From Candidatus Latescibacterota bacterium (lineage in GTDB: Bacteria; Latescibacterota; UBA2968; GCA-2709665), in the NCBI GenBank assembly GCA_963667175.2, contig CAXXXF010000003.1, positions 192,001-256,000 of the forward strand: 64,000 nt of DNA, given 5' to 3'. The translations under genes and the position numbers were made by a program. The notes under the pieces were generated by a model, which ran no database searches, was not told the DNA's origin, and was given only the letters and a program-made list of their open reading frames with translations. Every line of letters begins with the position of its first letter. The stretch's first letter is position 1. Below are positions 19,325 to 29,541 of the stretch, piece after piece.

Positions 19325-21928
19325 ATGGAAAGAGTAAATGTCCTCCAAGAGATACTTGAGTGGTCTCAATCTCGCCCCGAATGGCAACGTGACGCGTTGC
19401 GACGGCTTGTCTCGAAGGGCGAATTAGCCGATTCCGACATACGCGAGCTTGCGAATCTCTGCAAGTCCAGACACGGACTCGGTGACAGAGAAACACCAGT
19501 ACCCCTCAACGCAAATCACCTCCCAAAGTCTGGTGCCGAAACGAAACCCGTGTTGCTGCAATCACTTACACATCACGCGGGTGTCAACGCACTTGCCCAA
19601 GATCAGACTATCCAATTTGGGGGATCATTGACTGTCGTATACGGAGCAAATGCCGCCGGTAAATCCGGCTATACGAGAGTCTTGAAACGTGCGTGTCGCG
19701 CGCGCGGTGCGGAGGAGATCCTGGGAAACGTAGTGTCTGGTACTGCTCCTGGGCGTCCCTCTGCGACAATCAAGTTCACAGCGAACGAAAAGTCGCACGA
19801 TCACTTGTGGGATGACGATCAGTTGCCAAATCCGATTCTTTCAAGAGTTAGCGTATTCGATCATCATTGTGCAAGCGTGTACGTTTCACAACAGACCGAT
19901 GTCGCATTTCGACCATTGGGTTTGGACTTGTTTGACAAACTTTCCGCCGCTTGTGAGGCTGTTAAGAAAGCCTTAGAAAAGGAACGAGAAGCGCTTGAAA
20001 TACTGAGCCTTAAGTTTCCGAATGTCGATTACGGTACGGCCGTCCATGATCTAGTCACAAATCTGACGCCACTTACTGATCCGGCGACTGTCCACGAACT
20101 TGCAATTCTAACAGACTGCGATAGACGCCGCCGCGACGATATCCGCAACCGGATTCGCGATCTAACGTCGGAAGACCCAAAAAAGACCGCTCGTGCAGTC
20201 GAACTTCGCGCCGCACGAGCAAAGGTCTTGGTCGAAAGAGTCACTAATGCGCAGGTGATACTTTCTGATACCGAGATTGGAGAATTGTTCACGGCTCATG
20301 AGAAGACGACCGAGACTCAGCGCGTTTTGGAAACCCTGCAAAGGGAGACTTTCCGAGAACAGCCGTTGTTAAACACAGGATCAGCAGCGTGGCGTACACT
20401 CTGGAATGCCGCGGAGAAGTTCTCAACAACAAATGCGTATCCAGATCGTGCCTTTCCGTACACAGAAGAGGGTTCGCGCTGCGTTTTATGTCAGCAACAA
20501 CTCAACGACGAGGGGATGGAGCGACTTCAGCAATTCCGGGAATTTGTCGGTTCAACCGCACAGCGTGAGCACGAAATGGCGACTGATGAATACAACCGGA
20601 AGCGTCAGCAATTCAAGGATGCAGTCGTCTTGGATGACAAAGCAATGGAAGTGCTTGAGGAACTCAAACTCGACGATGATGATCTTTTTGAAGCCATCCA
20701 GGCCACTCTCAAAGCGGCGGAGGCTCGGAGAGAATTAGTAGATACAGCGATAACTGAGAGTCTGCCTGCCCCTACGACTCTACCTGGACGACCACTCGAC
20801 GTGAGTATCCTAACGGATCATATTGAGAGCTTGGAGAATCGAGTAAATGAACTACGGAAAGCGGAAGATCCGGAGGCGATTAGCAAGTTGCGTACCGAAT
20901 TAGGTGAACTTGAAGCACGAGAGGTACTTGCGGAAAACTTGAGTACTGTACTCGAGGAGATTGAACGTAAAAAGAAAATCGCAGTTTACCAGATGTGCAT
21001 CAATGAAACTCGGACGAATTCGATAACTCGCAAGAGCAGCGACGTAACAAGACGGGCTGTCACCGAGCAACTCACAAGATGTTTTTCCGATGAACTTGAC
21101 GGACTAAGGTTTCATCATGTCGAAGTCCAGATGGTGGACACCGGAGGGTCTCGTGGAGCGCTATACCACAAATTGCAGCTTAGGCGTGCGCCGGGTGTGG
21201 ATGTGTCCAAGGTTGCCAGCGAGGGCGAAGCCCGATGCCTCTCAATTGCGTCCTTTTTCGCAGAACTCAGTACGGCCGCAGATCGATCGGCGATACTGTT
21301 CGACGATCCGGTTTCATCGCTTGACCACAGTTGGCGTGAAAATGTTGCGAAACGGTTGGTCGTCGAGTCAAAGTCTCGGCAGGTAATCATCTTTACTCAT
21401 GACATGGTTTTCCTTGTCGCGTTGGTGGAGAAGGCCAGCGAGTTAGACGTCGAACTACAACACCAATACTTGCGAAGAGACAACACTGCCGCGGGACTAT
21501 CCTCCCAGGAATTGCCATGGGCTGCGTTGAAGGTCCGCGACCGCATTGGCCGCTTGAATGCTCTCTGGCAAGACGCAGAAAGGACGTTTAGGAATGGCGA
21601 CTCAGGCAAATACGAGAAGGACGCATCTTACATTTACGGTCTTCTACGAGAAGCGTGGGAACGAGGAGTTGAGGAGGTGCTATTGGCTGGGACAGTCGAG
21701 CGTTACAGAAACAGTGTTCAAACCCAGCGCGCAAACCAACTCGCTGACATTTGTGATAATGACATAGGAACGCTGAATATCGGAATGACAAAGTGCTCAA
21801 AGTGGTTGACTGGTCACGATCAGTCACTCGCGGATAACTCACCGATTCCAGGGCCAAATGAGGTTAAGGAGGACATCGATGCCCTCGCGACTTGGATACA
21901 GAATATCCGGAAGCGTCGAGGGAATTAA
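19325..21928 (+). CDS. RloC-like ABC ATPase (AAA_13) with coiled-coil/zinc hook and probable C-terminal HEPN domain
   Basis: YGANAAGKSGY, CVLCQQ hook, SEGE, LFDDPVSSLD, FTHD, and C-terminal LREAWERGVEE...TGHD. Confidence 0.75.
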   Translation: MERVNVLQEILEWSQSRPEWQRDALRRLVSKGELADSDIRELANLCKSRHGLGDRETPVPLNANHLPKSGAETKPVLLQSLTHHAGVNALAQDQTIQFGGSLTVVYGANAAGKSGYTRVLKRACRARGAEEILGNVVSGTAPGRPSATIKFTANEKSHDHLWDDDQLPNPILSRVSVFDHHCASVYVSQQTDVAFRPLGLDLFDKLSAACEAVKKALEKEREALEILSLKFPNVDYGTAVHDLVTNLTPLTDPATVHELAILTDCDRRRRDDIRNRIRDLTSEDPKKTARAVELRAARAKVLVERVTNAQVILSDTEIGELFTAHEKTTETQRVLETLQRETFREQPLLNTGSAAWRTLWNAAEKFSTTNAYPDRAFPYTEEGSRCVLCQQQLNDEGMERLQQFREFVGSTAQREHEMATDEYNRKRQQFKDAVVLDDKAMEVLEELKLDDDDLFEAIQATLKAAEARRELVDTAITESLPAPTTLPGRPLDVSILTDHIESLENRVNELRKAEDPEAISKLRTELGELEAREVLAENLSTVLEEIERKKKIAVYQMCINETRTNSITRKSSDVTRRAVTEQLTRCFSDELDGLRFHHVEVQMVDTGGSRGALYHKLQLRRAPGVDVSKVASEGEARCLSIASFFAELSTAADRSAILFDDPVSSLDHSWRENVAKRLVVESKSRQVIIFTHDMVFLVALVEKASELDVELQHQYLRRDNTAAGLSSQELPWAALKVRDRIGRLNALWQDAERTFRNGDSGKYEKDASYIYGLLREAWERGVEEVLLAGTVERYRNSVQTQRANQLADICDNDIGTLNIGMTKCSKWLTGHDQSLADNSPIPGPNEVKEDIDALATWIQNIRKRRGN

Positions 21929-22005
21929 CTTTAAGGCGTGCCGTATTTGTACGTAGATCGAATACTAAACGCAGGTCTCACGGATTGGCCGCCGAGACCG
22001 TCTAA

Positions 22006-22827
22006 ATGAACCAATGGGTCATGCATCCTGCTGAACAAATTGCAAAGGACACCTGGGGACGATTGAAACAGTCACGCGAACTTCGGACCCGGTTGGGAGA
22101 GGTAACCCTTACTGATCTGCTCGTTTTGGATTTCGTGCGTTTCATGGATGGGCGCGCCAGGTTATTTCAAAGTACCAACAAACAGGAATCGATACGAGGG
22201 ACCGATCTCGAGATCCGGATTCACGCCGGATGCAATCGAGCCGTTGCGTTTGCACTGCAAGCCAAGAAGCTGTATCCAGATGAAAGGTATCGTGAATTAA
22301 AGACCACGGTGAAGTCATCGAACTCCCTTCAATTGGAGATTCTTGAGGATTATGCTGAATCAGTATGCGCTGTCCCACTCTATCTACTGTACAACTACGT
22401 GTGCTGGGATGATTTACAACCATGTTGGCATTGCCGCGAGCGCTTCAGCGTAGACATCGAACAATTGGGTTGTACCGTGGTACCAAGTCGGATAATTCGG
22501 CGTGCGATTTGTAAACGCGGACGCAGGAACTTCGATTGGATACATAAATCATGCGCCGCACTGCCCTGGCGTTGTCTTTTCGACTGCCCGCACCAATGCA
22601 CGCAGCGCTATGACTGCGAGTATTTGGAACCCGTTTACGGTGGGTGGCCGGACTGGCTTTGGTCTCGAAACAGCACGACGTTCTCTGATGAAGACGTGGA
22701 GAGATTGCAGCGGGAGATACGGCGCCATGACGTACAGGCGTTCACGCCGCACATCAAGGATAAGTTAATGGAACATTCAGACGAAATTCCCGGTTACCTC
22801 ATTTTAGTCAAGGAGACGAGGCGATGA
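22006..22827 (+). CDS. DUF6615-like restriction-fold protein, copy 1
   Basis: E..LTD, QESIRGTDLE, LQAKKL, PLYLLYNY. Confidence 0.65.
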   Translation: MNQWVMHPAEQIAKDTWGRLKQSRELRTRLGEVTLTDLLVLDFVRFMDGRARLFQSTNKQESIRGTDLEIRIHAGCNRAVAFALQAKKLYPDERYRELKTTVKSSNSLQLEILEDYAESVCAVPLYLLYNYVCWDDLQPCWHCRERFSVDIEQLGCTVVPSRIIRRAICKRGRRNFDWIHKSCAALPWRCLFDCPHQCTQRYDCEYLEPVYGGWPDWLWSRNSTTFSDEDVERLQREIRRHDVQAFTPHIKDKLMEHSDEIPGYLILVKETRR

Positions 22828-24053
22828 CTGACGCGAATCTGGCTCGCCGCATCCGGCTCGGTGAGGACTCCAATATTGAGTTAAAGCTGGTATCAATGCG
22901 TGGTTCCCGGGTAAGTGCGCCTAAGCGAGACGAATTTGCCGACGAGCTCGCTGCCCTGGCCAACGGCCGTGGCGGAATTGTTGTACTGGGGGTGAACGAC
23001 ATAAGCAGGGAAGTCATAGGTATACGCATGGAACATCTGGATACTGTTGAGGGCTGGGTTTCGGAAATTTGCAACGACTCCATGACACCCCCACTCGACG
23101 CGGCAATCCGAAAGTTCGAGTTACCCCGCCCTGACGGGAAGATGGTTCCGGTCATCCACATTGACATTGCTCGCAGTTTGTTTGTGCACAGGAGTCCTGG
23201 CGGATACTTCAGCAGGATCGGAAGTTCCAAGCGTGAGTTGTCGCCGGAGGCACTTGCCCGGCTGCTGCAACACCGAAGCCAGAGCCGCATGATATGGTAT
23301 GATGAATCGCTTGTGCCTCACACAGCGCCGGGAGATCTCGACTATTCTCTTACGCGCCGCTTTTTAAGAGAAGATTCGCTCGCAGAAGGCGTCAATGAAA
23401 CCCTCGCACGCAAGATTAGCCTCGTCGCTGACGATGTTGAGGGGGTTCCAAGACTAACGCTCGCCGCCGTGCTACTATGTACGCGCAAACCGCAGCAATG
23501 GCTTCCGCACGCGTACATACAAGCCGTCAGCTACACAGGTGAGCGTGCTGATATCCAATATCAGACTGACGCCCGCGATGTCGATGGGCCGCTCGACGAG
23601 CAGATCGAGGAAGCGTTGCACTTTGTGCGTCGAAATATGACGATCCGAGCGACCAAGACTACGGCCCGTGCAGAGGGACCGCAGTTCAGCGAACGCGCGG
23701 TATTCGAGGCTCTCGTAAATGCGGTCGCACATCGCGATTACTCGATGGCGGGTACTCGGATTCGTCTCCACATGTTCGGAGATCGTCTTGAACTGTATGT
23801 CCCCGGTGGGCTGGTGAATACGCTTTCCCTCGAGAGCCTGCACCTGAGGCAGGCGAGCCGGAATGAACTCATTGTGTCGTTGTTGGCCCGTTGTCGTACG
23901 CAAAGCGGTCTTGGGCGGACCCATTTGATGGATCGGCGCGGGGACGGCGTGCCAATAATACTAAAGGACAGTCAAGAGTTGTCCGGTCGCGAGCCCGAGT
24001 ATAGTCTCATTGACGATAACGAATTGCGATTGTTGATTTGGGCGGCGACATAG
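22824..24053 (+). CDS. AlbA_2 (Schlafen-like) + HATPase_c_4 protein lacking the usual C-terminal HTH
   Basis: GEDSNIELK, LAALANGRGG, EALVNAVAHRDY, LYVPGGL, RGDG. Confidence 0.8.
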   Translation: MTDANLARRIRLGEDSNIELKLVSMRGSRVSAPKRDEFADELAALANGRGGIVVLGVNDISREVIGIRMEHLDTVEGWVSEICNDSMTPPLDAAIRKFELPRPDGKMVPVIHIDIARSLFVHRSPGGYFSRIGSSKRELSPEALARLLQHRSQSRMIWYDESLVPHTAPGDLDYSLTRRFLREDSLAEGVNETLARKISLVADDVEGVPRLTLAAVLLCTRKPQQWLPHAYIQAVSYTGERADIQYQTDARDVDGPLDEQIEEALHFVRRNMTIRATKTTARAEGPQFSERAVFEALVNAVAHRDYSMAGTRIRLHMFGDRLELYVPGGLVNTLSLESLHLRQASRNELIVSLLARCRTQSGLGRTHLMDRRGDGVPIILKDSQELSGREPEYSLIDDNELRLLIWAAT

Positions 24054-24078
24054 ACCTGACGTAGCGATAAGGAAGACA

Positions 24079-24780
24079 TTGGTGCCTGAGTTCAAGCGCA
24101 TTGTTTGTTTGGCGAACTCCCGGAAAATGGCGGGACGGTGCATTGCCGGTCGGGAATGGAACGAGGAACAGAAAGTTGGTAAATGGGTCCGGCCTGTGAG
24201 CGCCCGCGACAACCAAGAAGTTTCCGAGTACGAACGTCAATACGAAGACGGAAGCGATCCTCGGGTACTCGATATCATCGACATTCCGGTTCTGAATCCA
24301 CAGCCAAAGAACTTTCAAACCGAGAATTGGTTGCTCGATCCAGACTATTATTGGGAGAAAGCAGGTAAGTTAACGCCGTACGATTTGTCCGAATTCGTGG
24401 ATATATCCACCCCTTTGTGGATTGATGGACAAAGCACGTACCACGGTCGAAATGACAAAATCCCGCTTGAATCAGCCAAATCTGTTTCGGATTCGCTAAG
24501 ACTCGTCCATGTCGAACAGTTGAACCTTTCTGTGTTTAAACCAGGTGAAGCGTTCGGAAACTCCAAGCGGCGTGTACAAGGGCATTTTCGTCACGCCGAT
24601 ACGGGATATAAACTTTGGGTCACCGATCCCGTATACGAGCAGGAATACCTGGCGAAGCTAGATGGCACCTATGAAATAGGAGAATGTTACGTCACGATCA
24701 GCCTTGGGGAACCGTACGACGAAGCGTGTTACAAACTGATCGCTGCAATCATTCCGGCAGAACTGGGGGTGAAATTATAA
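24079..24780 (+). CDS. Dual OB-fold-like protein
   Basis: IVCLANSRKMAGRCIAG, WVRPVS, LWVTDP, CYKLIAAII. Upstream of two DUF488 genes. Confidence 0.7.
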   Translation: MVPEFKRIVCLANSRKMAGRCIAGREWNEEQKVGKWVRPVSARDNQEVSEYERQYEDGSDPRVLDIIDIPVLNPQPKNFQTENWLLDPDYYWEKAGKLTPYDLSEFVDISTPLWIDGQSTYHGRNDKIPLESAKSVSDSLRLVHVEQLNLSVFKPGEAFGNSKRRVQGHFRHADTGYKLWVTDPVYEQEYLAKLDGTYEIGECYVTISLGEPYDEACYKLIAAIIPAELGVKL

Positions 24781-25412
24781 TGAAGACCAACAATACGGTT
24801 TATACAATTGGCCATTCCAATCACGCAGTTGACTCCTTGATCGCGTGTCTGCGCATGCATCATGTCACGGCAGTAGCCGATGTCCGCTCAGCGCCGTACA
24901 GCCGCTTCAATCCCCAATTCAATCGTGAGCCCTTAGATGGTTGTCTCAAAAAGCACGGGATAGAGTATTGGTTCTTTGGTCACGAATTGGGAGGTCGCTT
25001 CAGTGACCCTACATGTTACATTGACGGGCGTGTGAGTTACGACCATGTTGCTGCGACGGATTTGTTCAGGCGCGGCTTGGATGAGGTCGCGCAAAGCGTG
25101 GCCAATCACCGAATCGTGCTTCTATGCGCAGAGCGTGAGCCGCTCGAATGTCATCGGACGCTCCTTGTGGGCCGGGCAATTGACGAGCGAGGTATCGAAG
25201 TCGCACATATCCACGCCGATGGTCGGCTGGAGTCCCATGCCGAGGCGATGGACCGATTGCTCAACCGCTTCAATCTGCACCCCGACGGCGATCTGTTTCG
25301 TGCAGCGCAATCTCGAGAAAAACTGGTCGCGGAGGCCGTAGCACGGCAGGCAAAACGCATTGCCTTTGCGGACCGGAAATCGACAAAACGTTCAAGGGAG
25401 TCTACAATATGA
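24780..25412 (+). CDS. DUF488 family protein
   Basis: YTIGHSNH, DVRSAPYSR, LLCAEREPLECHR. Confidence 0.88.
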   Translation: MKTNNTVYTIGHSNHAVDSLIACLRMHHVTAVADVRSAPYSRFNPQFNREPLDGCLKKHGIEYWFFGHELGGRFSDPTCYIDGRVSYDHVAATDLFRRGLDEVAQSVANHRIVLLCAEREPLECHRTLLVGRAIDERGIEVAHIHADGRLESHAEAMDRLLNRFNLHPDGDLFRAAQSREKLVAEAVARQAKRIAFADRKSTKRSRESTI

Positions 25413-25846
25413 ATATCTCAACCATCGGCTTTACGAGAAAGCCCGCGAGCCGTTTCTTCGACTTGCTGATGCAGTCAGACGCCAGGCGTGTCGTCGACGT
25501 CCGGTTAAACAACGCGTCGCAATTGGCCGGTTTTGCGAAGAAGGATGATCTGGCGTATTTCCTGCGGGAACTCTGTGGGATGGACTACGTCCACGTCCCC
25601 CAATTGGCGCCCACGAAGGAATTGCTGGACGACTACAGGAATCGGCGGTGTGACTGGCAGGCCTACGAGGACCGTTTCAACGGGCTGATGTGCGAGCGGC
25701 GGATCGAGGAGACGGTTCCGATTGAGATCGTCGCGGACGGGTGTCTGCTGTGCAGCGAGGATAAACCGCACCGCTGCCATCGGCGGCTCGTCGCCGAATA
25801 CCTGAAATACCATTGGGTCGACGTCGAAATCGTCCATCTCCGATAG
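25409..25846 (+). CDS. DUF488 family protein (second subtype)
   Basis: STIGFT, VDVRLNNASQLAGFAK, LLCSEDKPHRCHRRLVAEYL. Confidence 0.88.
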   Translation: MNISTIGFTRKPASRFFDLLMQSDARRVVDVRLNNASQLAGFAKKDDLAYFLRELCGMDYVHVPQLAPTKELLDDYRNRRCDWQAYEDRFNGLMCERRIEETVPIEIVADGCLLCSEDKPHRCHRRLVAEYLKYHWVDVEIVHLR

Positions 25847-25856
25847 GTAGCATCGC

Positions 25857-26192
25857 GTGAACATACCTGCCTCGGAAACGTTCATCTCGACGATGGTAGA
25901 CCGAATTGTAGAAGGCTTCCAACCTTCTCGACTCGTTCTCTTCGGTTCCCATGCGCGGGGCACGGCAACCGACACAAGTGACGTGGACTTGCTCGTCATT
26001 CTGCCCAACGTGTCCGACAGGCGGCACACGGCTGTCGAATTTCGCCGAGCCCTGGGCGACCTGCCGGTATGTAAGGACATCGTAATAGCGACTCCCGAGG
26101 AAGTCACTCGTCACGGTCATCTTGTTGGTACCGTGCTGCGTTCAGCACTCCGCGAAGGAAAGGTTCTCTATGAACGACCGATTCCAACGTGA
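25857..26192 (+). CDS. Minimal nucleotidyltransferase (MNT), with HEPN partner reduced to a stub
   Basis: LFGSHARG..DTSDVDLLV, REGKVLYE. Confidence 0.85.
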   Translation: MNIPASETFISTMVDRIVEGFQPSRLVLFGSHARGTATDTSDVDLLVILPNVSDRRHTAVEFRRALGDLPVCKDIVIATPEEVTRHGHLVGTVLRSALREGKVLYERPIPT

Positions 26193-26225
26193 GGTTTGAC
26201 GCACATCGCTCCTACAACGTCCTTC

Positions 26226-26279
26226 CTGGGAGCGCGGGCGCCTGCCTGTGCGTTGCACGCAGGCAGGTCCCGCCCGCAT
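26226..26279. repeat. GGAG-type REP hairpin split by a 27-bp palindrome
   Basis: ctgggagcgcgggcg[cctgcctgtgcgttgcacgcaggcagg]tcccgcccgcat. Confidence 0.6.
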
Positions 26280-26424
26280 GTGCTGTATCTATTCGGCCAC
26301 GTAAGCGCACAATTGAACGTCGTACTACCAATGCCCACTTTTGGTGATTCAACGTATAAACGAAATCTGCGGCAATCGATGTCGCTATCCAAACAGAGTC
26401 ACACTTAGAACAGGTACTGACGCC

Positions 26425-27561
26425 ATGGACCAGGAACGCCCTGAAGACCGACTTCATCTTCCGGATCTGTCGATAACCGGATTTCGGGGAATCGCGTCAC
26501 TTTCCATTAAGCGCTTAGGCCGCGTGACGCTGCTCGCGGGAAGGAATAGTGTCGGCAAAACAACCGTCCTTGATGCCGTCCGGGTCTACGCGGCGCGGGG
26601 TCGCCCTTCCGTTCTGTCCGACGTGTTGAAGAGCCACGAAGAAGTGGCTGCCGTTACCTACCACAGTGACAGCGAGAAAATTGGCCCTCATCTGGAAGCG
26701 CTCTTCCACGGACGGGACGCTTCTGAGGAAACATTCTTCTCGATCGGCCCTGATAACGGACGGGATCAAGTTAGCGTTGAAGCGATTCCTCCGGATAAAG
26801 CCACTCGCCCTCATCATCCGTGTCCTGCCCCTTTTTTTGTGGCGCCAGTAAGAATGCTTAAAATTGTCTGTCGAGACAAAGAGGAGATCGTCCCCTGGTT
26901 TTTCTCTCCCTATGCGTTGAGTACCAAGATGGCCAAGAGTCGCCGTGTATATCAATATATCGTGGCAACAACCACAGATTACGACCTTCCAGCCACGATA
27001 GACTGTCGGTCGATGGGTCCGGCCCTTTTGAGCAAGGACCAAGTCGTGGCATTTTGGGATGACGTCGCGCTGACCGACGATGAGGAATGGGTCGTCAATT
27101 CCCTGCAGCCTGTTCTCGGGGACCAGGTTCAGCGCATTGGGACGATCGGAGATAACAGTAACGGTCGACGGGTGATCGTCAGAATTCGGGAGCAAGCCTT
27201 TCCGGTCCCTCTGGATAGTTTTGGCGACGGGGCCCTGCGCCTGTTCGGCACAGCCTTGGCGTTGATCAATAGCCGGGACGGCTTCCTGCTCATCGATGAA
27301 GTGGAAAACGGGATTCACCATACCGTGCAGCGCGATTATTGGCGAATGGTACTTGAGACCGCGCACATAAACAACGTGCAGGTTCTGGCAACAACGCACA
27401 GCTACGACTGTGTCCGCGGTTTTGCGCAGGCGGCAACGGAATGCGAGGGAATCGACGGGGCGCTTGTGCGCATTGAACGTAGAGATAAGGAAATGTGGGC
27501 AGTTGAGTATTCGGAAAAGGATCTCAGGATCGCTGCTGAACAGCGTATCGAAGTGAGGTAG
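26425..27561 (+). CDS. ABC-type ATPase (AAA_21-like)
   Basis: LAGRNSVGKTT, FGDG, LIDEVENGIH, ATTHS, IEVR*. Confidence 0.85.
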   Translation: MDQERPEDRLHLPDLSITGFRGIASLSIKRLGRVTLLAGRNSVGKTTVLDAVRVYAARGRPSVLSDVLKSHEEVAAVTYHSDSEKIGPHLEALFHGRDASEETFFSIGPDNGRDQVSVEAIPPDKATRPHHPCPAPFFVAPVRMLKIVCRDKEEIVPWFFSPYALSTKMAKSRRVYQYIVATTTDYDLPATIDCRSMGPALLSKDQVVAFWDDVALTDDEEWVVNSLQPVLGDQVQRIGTIGDNSNGRRVIVRIREQAFPVPLDSFGDGALRLFGTALALINSRDGFLLIDEVENGIHHTVQRDYWRMVLETAHINNVQVLATTHSYDCVRGFAQAATECEGIDGALVRIERRDKEMWAVEYSEKDLRIAAEQRIEVR

Positions 27562-27565
27562 GTTG

Positions 27566-28180
27566 ATGGAAAATGGTGACCGTGTCCTCCTCGTTGAAGG
27601 GCAAGACGACAAGCATGTTGTTCGACATCTGTGCCGGCAAAGCGAGTCAATGCCGCCATTTCACATTGAAGTAAAGGGTAACGACAGAAAGCTTCTTGAT
27701 TCCCTTAAACAGGAAATCAGAGTTTCCGGTCGCAGTGCCGTCGGCATCCTCATTGACGCAAACGACGATATGAATGGTCGCTGGAGTGCGGTGGAATATC
27801 GGCTTCGAGGCGAGGGTATTGAATTACCTCGTGTCCCTGTACGAACCGGTACCTTGATTGAGGGAATCATCCGCACGCCCCGCATTGGTATCTGGTTGAT
27901 GCCAGACAATCAGTCGGCCGGCGAACTCGAAGACTTTGTCTCGACGATGGTTCCTGAAAGCGATTCGGTATGGCCGCGTTCTGAGCGTTACATAAGGGAC
28001 ATTCCGAAAAAGGATAGAAAATTCAGCGACCATAAGGTACAGAGAGCCATGATCCACGCCTGGTTAGCGACTAGAAAGGAACCCAGGAAGATTGGCACAG
28101 CCATTTATGCGGGAGATTTGCGCGTTGATGGAAGACTCAGCATGGAATTTGCAGATTGGCTTCGCGAGCTTTTTAAATGA
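27566..28180 (+). CDS. DUF3226-like TOPRIM-fold protein
   Basis: LLVEGQDD, ILIDAND, IWLMPDNQSAGELEDF. Confidence 0.75.
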   Translation: MENGDRVLLVEGQDDKHVVRHLCRQSESMPPFHIEVKGNDRKLLDSLKQEIRVSGRSAVGILIDANDDMNGRWSAVEYRLRGEGIELPRVPVRTGTLIEGIIRTPRIGIWLMPDNQSAGELEDFVSTMVPESDSVWPRSERYIRDIPKKDRKFSDHKVQRAMIHAWLATRKEPRKIGTAIYAGDLRVDGRLSMEFADWLRELFK

Positions 28181-29001
28181 ACGGATGGATCATGCATCCT
28201 GCTGAACAAATCGCAAAGGACACCTGGGGACGATTGAAACTGGCACGCGAACTCCGGACCCGGCTGGGAGAGGTAACCCTTACTGATCTGCTCGTTTTGG
28301 ATTTCGTGCGTTTCATGAATGGTCGCGCCAGGTTATTTCAAAGTACCAACAAGCAGGAATCGATACGAGGGACCGATCTCGAGATTCGGATTCACGCTGG
28401 ATGCAATCGAGCCGTTGCGTTTGCACTGCAAGCCAAGAAGCTGTATCCAGATGAAAGGTATCGTGAATTAAAGACCACGGTGAAGTCATCGAACTCCCTT
28501 CAATTGGAAATTCTTGAGGATTATGCTGAATCAGTACGCGCTGTCCCACTCTATCTACTGTACAACTACGTGTGCTGGGATGATTTACAACCATATTGGC
28601 ATTGTCGTGAGCGCCTCACGGAAGACATTGAACAACTGGGTTGTACCGTGGTACCAAGTCGGATTATTCGGCATGCGATTTGTAAACGCGGGCGCAGTAA
28701 CTTCGAATGGATCCACAGACTTAACCATGCATTGCCGTGGCGTTGTCTTTTCAACTGCCCTCACCAATGCACGCAGCGCTATGACGGCGAGTATTTGGAA
28801 CCCGTTGACGGTGGGTGGCCGGACTGGCTTTGGTCTCGAAAGAACACGACGTTTTATGACGAAGACGTGGACAGATTGCGTGAGGAGATTTCAAACCGAG
28901 AGAAATCGAGGCGGAAATTGGAACAGTCCGATATTCCACACGGATTTGGACATACCGACGAGATTGGCGAACTGCCGGGTTACCTCATCTTGGTCAAGTA
29001 G
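28177..29001 (+). CDS. DUF6615-like protein, copy 2
   Basis: Near-identical to 22006-22827 except near the C-terminus. Confidence 0.65.
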   Translation: MNGWIMHPAEQIAKDTWGRLKLARELRTRLGEVTLTDLLVLDFVRFMNGRARLFQSTNKQESIRGTDLEIRIHAGCNRAVAFALQAKKLYPDERYRELKTTVKSSNSLQLEILEDYAESVRAVPLYLLYNYVCWDDLQPYWHCRERLTEDIEQLGCTVVPSRIIRHAICKRGRSNFEWIHRLNHALPWRCLFNCPHQCTQRYDGEYLEPVDGGWPDWLWSRKNTTFYDEDVDRLREEISNREKSRRKLEQSDIPHGFGHTDEIGELPGYLILVK

Positions 29002-29057
29002 AAGACCGGATAAACAGATCGAATGTAGCACGACGCTAATCCCGCGGTGCCTCGGCA

Positions 29058-29192
29058 ACCGTTCCCAACGAACTCCTCGCGGACGGGTGTCTGCTGTGCA
29101 GCGAGGATAAGCCGCACCACTGCCATAGGCGGCTCGTGGCGGAGTATCTGAAACAGCATTGGGGCGACGTCGAAATTGTCCACCTCGGATAG
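29058..29192 (+). pseudogene. 3' remnant of DUF488
   Basis: TVPNELLADGCLLCSEDKPHHCHRRLVAEYLKQHWGDVEIVHLG* matches the end of 25409-25846. Confidence 0.85.
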
Positions 29193-29202
29193 GAAACATC
29201 GC

Positions 29203-29541
29203 GTGAACATACCTGCCTCGGAAACGTTTATATCGACCATGGTAGACCGAATTGTAGAAGGCTTCCAACCTTCTCGGCTTCTCCTGTTCGGTTCCCATGC
29301 GCGGGGCACGGCAACCGAGTGGAGTGACGTCGACTTGCTCGTCATTCTGCCCAACGTGTCCGACAAGCGGGATACGGCTATCGAGATCCGCCGCGCCCTG
29401 GGAGATCTCCCAGTTTGCAAGGACATAGTAATAGCCACTCCCGAGGAAGTCATTCGTCGCGGTCATCTTGTTGGTACCGTGTTGCGTTCAGCACTCCGCG
29501 AAGGGAAGGTTCTCTATGAACGACCCTGCGCGCCATCGTGA
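29203..29541 (+). CDS. MNT nucleotidyltransferase, copy 2
   Basis: Near-identical to 25857-26192. Confidence 0.85.
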   Translation: MNIPASETFISTMVDRIVEGFQPSRLLLFGSHARGTATEWSDVDLLVILPNVSDKRDTAIEIRRALGDLPVCKDIVIATPEEVIRRGHLVGTVLRSALREGKVLYERPCAPS

